Assembly: GCA_022072125.1 (NCBI GenBank)
Contig: JAJVIH010000013.1
Span: 36,204-100,203 of the forward strand
Source: Myxococcota bacterium
GTDB lineage: Bacteria > Myxococcota > JAJVIH01
DNA: 64,000 bases
Direction of reading: 5' to 3'
Shown here: positions 55,837 through 64,000 of the stretch, piece by piece
Layout of the letters: each line of letters opens with the position of its first letter
How positions within the stretch are numbered: the first letter of the stretch is position 1
Translations under genes and position numbers: made by a program
The notes under the pieces: model-generated
What the model was told of the DNA's origin: nothing
The model's database searches: none
Seen by the model: the letters and a program-made list of their open reading frames with translations, nothing else

Positions 55837-57363
55837 TTGACACGCGACTGGATTCCACCCCTGCCCGAAACCCTGCCCGCGTTATTGGAGCGGCAATGCG
55901 CCCGGCGCGGCGGCGATCTGTTCCTGTTGTCGGATGCCGGAAACGCGAGTTGGTCCGCGGTGCGGACCCACGCCCGCGGGTTGGCGCGGACCCTGATGAA
56001 ATCCGGCGTCCGCCCGGGGGATACCGTCGCGCTGCTTTGCGACAATGAACCTGCCTTCATCTTCGCGGCGATGGCCGCCTGGTATGCGGGGGCGGTGCTG
56101 CAACCGGTGAATACGCGGTTGCATGATCGCGAGATGATCACCCTGCTCAATCACTCGGAAGCGGCGGCGATCCTGGCGGGGGAGAACCATGCCGGCCGCG
56201 GCCGCCTGCTGGCGGGAGCGCTGGAGAAACCCGCCACGGTCATTCCCGCCAGCGCGGCGGATGAAGCGGGCGGTTCGGCGGACACGGATTTTCCCGGCCT
56301 GTTCGCGGATCCCCATGCGGTCAGCACCCTGATGTATACCTCCGGAACCACCGGTTCTCCCAAGGGCGCCATGATCACCCCATGGATGCAGTTGGTGAAC
56401 GCCAGGGCGATGGGCGAGCGCAAACAGGTGAGCGACCAGGATCGTTTCCTATGCACGCTGCCGCTGTTCCACGCCAACGCCCTGGTGGCTTCGTTCATCC
56501 AGATTCTGTACGCGGGAGGATCACTGGCGCTGTTGCCGGGATTCTCCGTCAAGACTTTTCTGGACGATGTCCGCCGCTTCGATGTCACCGCGTTTTCGGG
56601 CGTGCCCACCATCTTCGCCATTCTCAACGAAATCCGTTCGCGTTCCGGCGGGTCCTTCCCCCGGCTGCGCTTCTGCGCCTGCGGCGGCGCGCCCATGCCC
56701 GCCGATGTGCTCGCCCGTTTCGAGGAGTCCTATGGCGCCCGGATTCTGGAAGGATACGGCATGACCGAAACCACCTGTGCGGTGACCGGCAATCCGTGGG
56801 AAGGGCCGCGGCGCACGGGTTCCATTGGTTCCCCGCTGGCGGATTTCCAACTCCGGATCGTGGATGACGCGGGCCAGGAACTTCCGGACGGCGAAGTGGG
56901 AGAAATTCTGGTGCGCGGTGATTCCAATACCCTGGGTTACCGGAACGACCCGGAGCGGACCGCGGAACTGTTGCACGGCGGCTGGCTTCACACCGGCGAT
57001 CTGGGGCGCCGCGCCAGCGACGGATTTTTTTATATCGCCGGCCGGAAAAAGGACCTGATCATCCGCGGCGGAGTGAATATCCACCCCATCGAAATCGAAG
57101 GCGTGCTGTACCGCATGCCGGGAGTGGCGCAGGCGGCGGTGATCGGCGACCCGGACGCCATTTGGGGGCAAACGGTTCACGCCTGCATTCAGCCCGCGGA
57201 TGGTGTTGCGCTGAACGCGGATCAGGTACGCCAGTTCGTCGCCGATCATCTGGCGGCGTATAAGGTTCCGGAGCGGGTGACTTTCTTCGGCGCCCTGCCG
57301 GTCAACGCATCCGGAAAAATCCTCAAACAGGAACTGATGCGTCTTGTGGCGGCGAAGCCATGA
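55837..57363 (+). CDS. Class I adenylate-forming enzyme (long-chain acyl-CoA ligase-like)
   Basis: Motifs YTSGTTGSPKG, LPLFH, EGYGMTET, GWLHTGDLG, GRKKDLI and SGKILK. Confidence 0.94.
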   Translation: MTRDWIPPLPETLPALLERQCARRGGDLFLLSDAGNASWSAVRTHARGLARTLMKSGVRPGDTVALLCDNEPAFIFAAMAAWYAGAVLQPVNTRLHDREMITLLNHSEAAAILAGENHAGRGRLLAGALEKPATVIPASAADEAGGSADTDFPGLFADPHAVSTLMYTSGTTGSPKGAMITPWMQLVNARAMGERKQVSDQDRFLCTLPLFHANALVASFIQILYAGGSLALLPGFSVKTFLDDVRRFDVTAFSGVPTIFAILNEIRSRSGGSFPRLRFCACGGAPMPADVLARFEESYGARILEGYGMTETTCAVTGNPWEGPRRTGSIGSPLADFQLRIVDDAGQELPDGEVGEILVRGDSNTLGYRNDPERTAELLHGGWLHTGDLGRRASDGFFYIAGRKKDLIIRGGVNIHPIEIEGVLYRMPGVAQAAVIGDPDAIWGQTVHACIQPADGVALNADQVRQFVADHLAAYKVPERVTFFGALPVNASGKILKQELMRLVAAKP

Positions 57364-57396
57364 TGGACAGGCCCCGGCGCGCTCCGGCGGCGGGAC

Positions 57397-59478
57397 CTAC
57401 CGCATTTCAGAGATATAGGCGCGGATGGCGTCCGCCAATTCGCCGATATGATCCCGCGTGTACTCGTCAATCGCCTCGTTGTAGGCGGCGCGGTAAGTGC
57501 GCGAACCGTATTTCAGTTCGCCGGAGTTGAATGACTCTTCATGGCCATCGGCGAAGGTCAGGGTGATGGCCATGGTGAACAGGATGAACTCTCCCATGTC
57601 CTCCTTCGAGCGATCCACTTCGTCCACCATGACACGCAGTTTCGCGGTGGCGCGCGGCGCCTTCACGGCGGGGTCGAATCGCTTGTCATTGACCCGGCGC
57701 ACCAGTTTGTCCACGAAGCGCCGCACCGCCTCACGTGCGTCGGAATTGGCGTTGATCTGCACATCCAGCGAAGGCGCATCGAAACGCGACGTCTGGGTGT
57801 CCGGAGGAACTGGTTGCTCCTGGACGGGAGGATTCAGCCACTCATTCGGAATACGATCCGGCGGCGGCCTGACCTGAATATTCTGTGGAATCAGCTTCTG
57901 TAAATCGGGCAGTTCGATACGGATTTCCCCCGGCGGCGCTTGCTGGGGCGAGGGCGGGGGTTGTTCCGGCTCGCTGGTTTTGGATGGCCTTTGTCCCGGA
58001 AGCAGCTTCCGTTTTTCCGGCTTCTCCGGCGGCTGGGGCGGGGAAGGCTGTTGATCCTCCTTCACGGGAGGAACCGGAGTATGCATGGCCGGATTCTCCA
58101 TGTCCGCCTGGGCGGCCGGCGTTTCATCGGGTTGGTTCTCGCGGTCTTTTTTATCCTTCTGGATGGCGAGCCCCAAAATCAACAGGCCGAACAATCCCGC
58201 GCCCACCGCCGCCATGCCCCAGAGAATGATTCGCCCCAGCTTGCGAATCGGCGAATCCGGGGCCTGCGGCGGCGCCATGACTGGGCCTGGCGGCGGGACC
58301 GGTTCGCTGATTGGCGGGGAGGGGAAATGGGCGGCGGAAGGCGCCGGACCGGACGCCGGCGTTGAATGCGGCGGCGCGGATTGGGGCGGCGGAGCCAACT
58401 CCCGCGGCGCAACCGTCTGCACGGGGGCGGAAGCAAACGCGGCCTCCAGTTCCCGGGACAACTGCCCGGCCGACGAGAAGCGCTCGCGCGGGTCGTCGGC
58501 CATGGCGCGCGCCACCACGTCATCCACCGCGGCGGGCAAGTCCGGTCTCCGTTTGGAGGGCATGGCGCTGACCCCGCGCGGCGGCGCCCCCGTCAGCAAC
58601 TCGTACAGAATCACCCCCAGGGCGAAAATGTCGGCGCGCAAATCACCTTCTTCCCCGCGCAAGACCTCCGGCGCTACATAATATTCGGAGCCCAGCGGCC
58701 CGCGGTGGGGCACGCCATCCTCTCCGCTCATCACGCGGGCGATGCCGAAATCCGCCAACAAAGGCTCGCCCGCGCTGTTGAGCAGGATATTGTCCGGCTT
58801 CAGATCGCGGTGAACCATGCGGGCATGGGCGTAATCCAGCGTGGCGCACAGGGAGGAGCAGGTCTTCCGGATGAAATCCAGCGGCAGCATTTGCCCGCGT
58901 TGCTGGTGGTCGCGCAGCACTGTCCGCAGCGATCCGCCTTCGGCCAGTTGCATGGTGTAAAAAAGCCGCCCCCCGTCCTCCATCAAATCATGGGTGCGGA
59001 TGATGCCCGGGTGATTCAGTTCCTGTGTCAGCGACAGTTCGGTTTTGAAGCGTTCGACCGCCCGGGGATTCGACGCGATCGCCGGGTGCAACAGCTTGAG
59101 CGCCTTCACGGTTCCATTCAGTTTGTGGTCGCGGACAAGATAGACCACGCCCATTCCGCCCCGCCCCAACAACCGGATGATTTCGAAGCGATCTTCCAGC
59201 CGGTCGCCGGGGTTCAACTCCGCGCCAGTCATGGCCGCCACCACTCCGGAGTCGGTTACGGTGCCGCTGGGAACGCCATCGCGGCGGGGAGGCGGAGTGC
59301 TTGCAAAAGGCGTCATTCCGGGCGGATGAACCGGAAGCGAGGCCGGCTGGGCCGCCGGCGGACTGGACAGGCCTGCTCCCATGGCCGGTTGCGCGGCCAG
59401 CGAAGCGCCGCAGCGCGTGCAATACGCGGCGGCGGCGTCATTGGCGTGAGCGCATCGCGGGCAGGTCAGTTTGGCCAC
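57397..59478 (-). CDS. Ser/Thr protein kinase with N-terminal zinc ribbon, TM and Pro-rich extracytoplasmic region
   Basis: CPRC...CTRC, GRGGMG, ALK, HRDLKPDN, DFG, YVAPE and TM IILWGMAAVGAGLFGLLILGLAI. GTG start after GGAGG. Confidence 0.9.
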   Translation of the reverse strand: MAKLTCPRCAHANDAAAAYCTRCGASLAAQPAMGAGLSSPPAAQPASLPVHPPGMTPFASTPPPRRDGVPSGTVTDSGVVAAMTGAELNPGDRLEDRFEIIRLLGRGGMGVVYLVRDHKLNGTVKALKLLHPAIASNPRAVERFKTELSLTQELNHPGIIRTHDLMEDGGRLFYTMQLAEGGSLRTVLRDHQQRGQMLPLDFIRKTCSSLCATLDYAHARMVHRDLKPDNILLNSAGEPLLADFGIARVMSGEDGVPHRGPLGSEYYVAPEVLRGEEGDLRADIFALGVILYELLTGAPPRGVSAMPSKRRPDLPAAVDDVVARAMADDPRERFSSAGQLSRELEAAFASAPVQTVAPRELAPPPQSAPPHSTPASGPAPSAAHFPSPPISEPVPPPGPVMAPPQAPDSPIRKLGRIILWGMAAVGAGLFGLLILGLAIQKDKKDRENQPDETPAAQADMENPAMHTPVPPVKEDQQPSPPQPPEKPEKRKLLPGQRPSKTSEPEQPPPSPQQAPPGEIRIELPDLQKLIPQNIQVRPPPDRIPNEWLNPPVQEQPVPPDTQTSRFDAPSLDVQINANSDAREAVRRFVDKLVRRVNDKRFDPAVKAPRATAKLRVMVDEVDRSKEDMGEFILFTMAITLTFADGHEESFNSGELKYGSRTYRAAYNEAIDEYTRDHIGELADAIRAYISEMR

Positions 59479-59553
59479 AACAGTCCTCCAGTACATCCTC
59501 ATCCAGTACAGACGGACTAGGTTCCGGGATTTTTTCACTCCCCGGCCCGGCTT

Positions 59554-61110
59554 TCAATTTTCCAGCCAGGCGTTCGTCAATCCGTCCAGCCAGGCGTCGG
59601 GACGGAGGGCGTAACCGCGCAGCGCCGTTCTGGATACCGCCACATTATGTTCATGCGCCAGAAAGAGATAAGGCAAGTCCCTGGCGAGCAGTTGTTGGGC
59701 CTTCGCATAGATATCCTTGCGGCGTTCGATGCGCGCCTCGCGCCTGCCGTCCTCCAGCAGACGATCTGCTTCAGGGTTGGAATAGGCCCCCCGGTTGTAA
59801 CCATTTCCGGCCGGACCAGGTATCTGCGAACTGTGAAAGACCTGATAAAGAATGTCCGGATCAAGAATGCGCGTCCACATCAGCGAACAAATCTGGAAAT
59901 TTCCCTTCTGCACGTCATCGAAGAACGCCGCGAATTCATACGAGCGCACTTCAACCCCGATGCCCGCGCGGCGGAGTTGATCGGCGATGGCCAGAGCCAG
60001 CGCTCCGCGGAATTTATTGGAGGAGGTCTTGTAGATCAGGTGAAAACGCATGGCTGGTCCATCGCCATCCGGATCTGGAAATCCCGCCTGGTCCAGCAAC
60101 CGCCTCGCCCGGGCCGGATCATGCGGAACCGGGTGCAGGGAAGGATCGTGCGCCCAGTGTCCCGGCGCTATCAGGCTCGCGGCGGGAGAAGCCGCGCCCA
60201 GAAACTTGTAGCGGATCAGTTCTTCAACATTGATTGCATGGGCGATGGCTTGCCGCACCTCGCGTTTGGACAGGATCGGGTCCCGGAAATTGAAGGCCAG
60301 ATAGGTGGTGTTGGAAGAAGCTGCTGTCTCCACCCGCAAATCATCTTCCGCGCGAAGACGGGGCAGCAGCGCAAATGGCACGCCGTTCTGGATGAGATGG
60401 CCGCGCCCGCGCATGAGTTCCAGCACGCGCGTGGTGTCGTCGCGCACCGTGCGGATTTCCACCCGCCCGCCGCGCGGCGCGCCGGCGTGATGACCGGGAA
60501 ATGGCTCCAGCACCACCTGCTCCGGATGGAACTGGATGACGCGGTAGGGTCCGGCGCCGGTGGGCGCCTGCTGGAAATCATCCCGGTTCGCGCGGGATGC
60601 GGGCAATACCCCGCGGGCCAGGTCCGCCAGAAACGGGGCGTAGGGCTCGCGCAGGATGAATTCCACCGTGACCGGAGAAGGGGTCAACACCTCCGCAATG
60701 CGCTGGAAAGCGGGTTGGGCGGCCCGGGAACGCGGATCCCGCAGCGCCTCGATGGTGAAACGGACATCATCCGCCGTGACCGGAGATCCATCATGGAAGC
60801 GGGCGTTGGCGCGCAATTGGCAGCGATAACGCAGGCCGGACGAATCTTCCAGATCAACCGGCGTCTGAATGTTTTCGCAAAGATCGGGAATGGGCGATCC
60901 ATCACTGGCGATGCGGGTGAGACCGGAAAACACCAGCCCCGAGGTTTTCCCTGCCCACGCGCTGACGGCGTGCCGCGGGTCCACGGTGTCCACGGGAAAC
61001 TCCACCAGCACTGTCAGGGCGCCGGGGGGATTTTGCGGCTGGCAACCGGCGGCGAAATTCAGCGCCCAGAGGATTGCCGCCAGCGCCGCGAACCTGGACG
61101 GGGGGCGCAT
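59554..61110 (-). CDS. ABC transporter substrate-binding lipoprotein, family 5 (DppA/OppA-like)
   Basis: Lipobox AAGC, RFHDGSPVTADDV.FT, TGAGPY and VRQAIAHAIN. Alternative start at 61134. Confidence 0.92.
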   Translation of the reverse strand: MRPPSRFAALAAILWALNFAAGCQPQNPPGALTVLVEFPVDTVDPRHAVSAWAGKTSGLVFSGLTRIASDGSPIPDLCENIQTPVDLEDSSGLRYRCQLRANARFHDGSPVTADDVRFTIEALRDPRSRAAQPAFQRIAEVLTPSPVTVEFILREPYAPFLADLARGVLPASRANRDDFQQAPTGAGPYRVIQFHPEQVVLEPFPGHHAGAPRGGRVEIRTVRDDTTRVLELMRGRGHLIQNGVPFALLPRLRAEDDLRVETAASSNTTYLAFNFRDPILSKREVRQAIAHAINVEELIRYKFLGAASPAASLIAPGHWAHDPSLHPVPHDPARARRLLDQAGFPDPDGDGPAMRFHLIYKTSSNKFRGALALAIADQLRRAGIGVEVRSYEFAAFFDDVQKGNFQICSLMWTRILDPDILYQVFHSSQIPGPAGNGYNRGAYSNPEADRLLEDGRREARIERRKDIYAKAQQLLARDLPYLFLAHEHNVAVSRTALRGYALRPDAWLDGLTNAWLEN

Positions 61111-61130
61111 GGAAGTTTCATGCGCCCGCT

Positions 61131-62375
61131 TCAATTGCTTTGCAGCCGCTCCAGCATGCGAATGAACTCCTCCGCGCGCGGGTTGCCCGGGTCCAGTTCG
61201 CGCGCCCGCCTGCCGGCTTCTTTCGCGCCCTCGCCGTCGCCGATCATCACCAGCACCTCGGCCAGCAGCCAGTGCAGGTCCGGATTCTCCGGATCCCGTG
61301 CAATGGCGGCGCGCACCACGTTCAGCGCCTCCTGGGATTCGCCCCGCATCATCAGGTATTCCACGCGGATGGTCTGGGTTTCCGGTTCGTTGGGATAATC
61401 GCGGATGAGCCGCTCAAACACGACCATGGCTTCCGCATTGGCGCCCGCCATCATCAGGGCGCGTCCGCGCAGGACATGGGCCTCCAGAAAATCCGGATCA
61501 TACATCACCGCGTTGCTGAGTTTTTCCACCGCCTCCTCGTACTGGCCTGCGGCCATCAGCGTGCGCGCATCCTCGTAGTGATCTCCGGCGAAAAATCCTG
61601 CTTCCTCGTGGATGATGGAAATACGCACCGCATCCGGATGGGAAAACTGGTCGAAGCTGTCCAGCAAGGGGAAATACATCAGCACGTCCGCGTCGCAATA
61701 GATTTCCAGGTCGCGAAACCGCAGCAGACATTCATCCACGGGCAGTTCATTCTCCGAGAGCCAGTCCACGGAGCGGTCCAGCGTGCGGTTGGAGTAATCA
61801 ATCACCCGGAAATCAACCTGGGAGCATAGCCTCTCCGCGAACAGTTGTTCCGCCAGGCTGATCAGAATCGGCTGGGTGAGCGCTCCCGGCGTCTCGATCC
61901 TGGTGCGTTCGCGAACCAGATGCACGTAATGGTTGAGCATGGCGTCCATGTCCGGCTCCGATCCCTGCTCGTAGCCGTCTTTTTTGAGCGCGCCCAGCGC
62001 TTCTTCCAGCACGGAGTTGGAGTAGGAGGAAAATCCGGCGACGGCCAGGCTGCCGCTGAGAACCACCAGCAGCAATTCCGGATCGGCGGCGGCGATTCCG
62101 CGAGCAGTGTCGAGTTTTTTCTGCGCCCCGGTTTTGTCGCCGCGCAAGCCATCCAGAATGGCCAGCATGCACCAGGCGTAGGTTTTTTCATCCTGCGACT
62201 GCCGGGTCAGGGCGTTGAGAGATGCGGAAAATTCGCGCAGGCGCGCGCGGGCGGGCGCCGGATTGTCCTCGAGGGCCAGCAGCCTGCGGATTTCATGGTA
62301 TTCGTAAAATCCCTGGGACAGGGCTTCGGCAACATCCATCTGTTTGCGGAACTTCGCCATCGGCTGCATCTCCAT
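61131..62375 (-). CDS. Tetratricopeptide repeat protein
   Basis: C-terminal TPRs (AGQYEEAVEKL..A..YDP, A.ARDPENP, ARELDPGN). N-terminal part not recognised. Confidence 0.75.
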   Translation of the reverse strand: MEMQPMAKFRKQMDVAEALSQGFYEYHEIRRLLALEDNPAPARARLREFSASLNALTRQSQDEKTYAWCMLAILDGLRGDKTGAQKKLDTARGIAAADPELLLVVLSGSLAVAGFSSYSNSVLEEALGALKKDGYEQGSEPDMDAMLNHYVHLVRERTRIETPGALTQPILISLAEQLFAERLCSQVDFRVIDYSNRTLDRSVDWLSENELPVDECLLRFRDLEIYCDADVLMYFPLLDSFDQFSHPDAVRISIIHEEAGFFAGDHYEDARTLMAAGQYEEAVEKLSNAVMYDPDFLEAHVLRGRALMMAGANAEAMVVFERLIRDYPNEPETQTIRVEYLMMRGESQEALNVVRAAIARDPENPDLHWLLAEVLVMIGDGEGAKEAGRRARELDPGNPRAEEFIRMLERLQSN

Positions 62376-62385
62376 TGGCGCGGCG

Positions 62386-63891
62386 CTACATTCGCATCCA
62401 CATGAGCGTGAACCATATGATCAAGGCGCCCCCCGCATCAAACATCAATCCCGCGCGCAGCATCTGGGTGATGCGCACGCGGCCCGTGCCATACACAATC
62501 GCGTTGGGAGCGGTCGAGATCGGCAGCATGAAGCCAAAACTCGCGGCGAAACACGCCGCCAGCGCGGGCGTCACCGGATCCACGCCCATTTCCTTCGCCA
62601 TGCCAATGACCACCGGGATCACCATGTTCGCGGACGCGGTGTTGGAAGTCAGTTCGCTTACCGTCACGCTCAGGGCGGTGGCGAATGCGGCCAGCCCCGC
62701 CGCGCCCTCCAAGTGGATGGCGCTCACCAGGCCGGAACCCAGATCGGCGGCGAGACCGGTTTTGAACATCTGGGTTCCCAGCGTCAGTCCGCCGCCAAAC
62801 AGCAGGATGACCCCCCAATCCATCTTCGACGCCTCGCTCCAGTCGAGGGTGAAACGGCGTTCCTTCCAGTTCACCGGAAGGACAAACAGCAGCGCCGCGG
62901 CGGCCAGGGCGGCGGAACTCTCCGGCAGGTGCTTTTCAAACCAGCGATACAGGGGATCATCGCCGCCCCGCAACAGGGCCAGCACGCCGGGCGTCAGCCA
63001 GAGCAGCGCCGCGGCGGAAAACGCGATCAGGCAATTGCGTTCGCCGGCGCCCATGGGTCCAAGCAGTTTCTTGCGCTCCAGCGCGAACTCGCGGACGCCC
63101 TTCAAATCGAGGTTGCGGGTTGGGAACAGAATCCGCAGCACCGCGAACAACAGCAGAAACATCAGAACAACCATGGGCGCCGCGATTCCCATCCACTGGA
63201 AAAAAGTAATCCGCACGCCGGCGAGTTTGTCTATTTGGGCGATGCCGATCAGGTTCGGCGGTGTTCCAATGGGCGTGGCGACGCCGCCCGCCGAAGCGCC
63301 ATAGGCCAGCATCAGCAGCATGGCGGCGGCGAAGCGCGAGGCGTCCCGTGCGCGTTCTCCCGTGTTGGTCTGTTCGATGATGTGCAACACGCCGAGCACC
63401 GCCGGCAACAGCATGGCCGTGACCGTGGCGTTGCTCATCCACATGGAGATCAGGGTGGCGGCTGCTCCGGTCGCCAGCAGCAATCGCGCGGGGCTGCCGC
63501 CGATCCAGCTCCAGGACAGCATATGCAGGGCGATCCGCTCGTTGAGCCCGTGGACCATCATGGCGCGGGCGATCGCAAAACCACCTACGAACAGGTACAG
63601 CACCGGGTTGGCGAAGGGCGCAAAAGCCTCCTCCAGCGAACATACGCCCAGCAGCGCCAGAAGAACGGGCGCCAGCAGCGCGGTGATGGCGAGCGGAACC
63701 GCCTCGCACAGCCACCAGATTCCCGTGAAAACCACGCAGGCCAGCAGGCGCTGCGCGCGCGGCTCCATCTCCAGAGGCGCCAGAAGCACCATCACCGCCG
63801 CGAGCGGCCCAAACCAGAGTCCGGTGGTGCGGCGCCACCGCTCGAATTGTTCTTCCGCGGAGCTGATGCGTTCGGGCGGATCGCCGTTCAT
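62386..63891 (-). CDS. DASS/SLC13 family sodium-coupled anion (dicarboxylate/sulfate) symporter
   Basis: Motifs EAVPLAITAL, SMWMSNAT, TPIGTPPN, ELTSNTA and FMLPISTAPNAIV. Confidence 0.94.
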   Translation of the reverse strand: MNGDPPERISSAEEQFERWRRTTGLWFGPLAAVMVLLAPLEMEPRAQRLLACVVFTGIWWLCEAVPLAITALLAPVLLALLGVCSLEEAFAPFANPVLYLFVGGFAIARAMMVHGLNERIALHMLSWSWIGGSPARLLLATGAAATLISMWMSNATVTAMLLPAVLGVLHIIEQTNTGERARDASRFAAAMLLMLAYGASAGGVATPIGTPPNLIGIAQIDKLAGVRITFFQWMGIAAPMVVLMFLLLFAVLRILFPTRNLDLKGVREFALERKKLLGPMGAGERNCLIAFSAAALLWLTPGVLALLRGGDDPLYRWFEKHLPESSAALAAAALLFVLPVNWKERRFTLDWSEASKMDWGVILLFGGGLTLGTQMFKTGLAADLGSGLVSAIHLEGAAGLAAFATALSVTVSELTSNTASANMVIPVVIGMAKEMGVDPVTPALAACFAASFGFMLPISTAPNAIVYGTGRVRITQMLRAGLMFDAGGALIIWFTLMWMRM

Positions 63892-64000
63892 CCACGCCCC
63901 GGAAATGGAATCGGATCGGGGGGGGCAAGCCAGAACAGCGCGGACAGAATCCTCAAATCCGGATCGCCGGCGTTGGAAATCGCGGATGCCTGTTCATGCA

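Noticed and set aside
55829-55844. parS-like CGTTTCACTTGACACG
   Set aside because: Four mismatches to the consensus, two of them in the core, and it overlaps a start codon.
1-64000. CRISPR arrays, tRNA/rRNA genes, IS elements, integrases, prophage or defence genes
   Set aside because: None was recognised on manual reading. Short or divergent ncRNAs could have been missed without covariance-model searches.

Overview
High-GC (~65%) bacterial chromosome segment, most consistent with a Myxococcota/deltaproteobacterial lineage (inferred from the gspC-N operon with a PilM-like GspL, Hanks-type kinases and an FlhG/MinD-J-HTH fusion). A perfect parS palindrome at 538-553 suggests an origin-proximal position. 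In order, the window holds: the end of a HEAT-repeat gene; lpxC; an NsrR-like regulator; TerC/Alx; RluA; a TetR-controlled fatty-acyl-CoA operon (MaoC, FabG4-like reductase apparently split into two genes, acyl-CoA dehydrogenase, thiolase); two tandem paralogous membrane Ser/Thr kinase-WD40 genes; a P450; an M23 peptidase; a Sel1 lipoprotein; a type I secretion-like ABC/HlyD/TolC set with a degenerate ATPase, followed by nadK; a radical SAM enzyme; a TetR/carotenoid oxygenase pair with a perfect 39-bp palindrome; a VOC protein; a CheY-like receiver; glgP; a complete T2SS operon with a sigma-54 promoter; a NarX/NarL-type two-component system; an acyl-CoA ligase; a third kinase; an orphan peptide-binding lipoprotein; a TPR protein; and a DASS transporter. 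No rRNA, tRNA, CRISPR array or mobile element was recognised. All calls come from motif reading by eye; no database searches were run.
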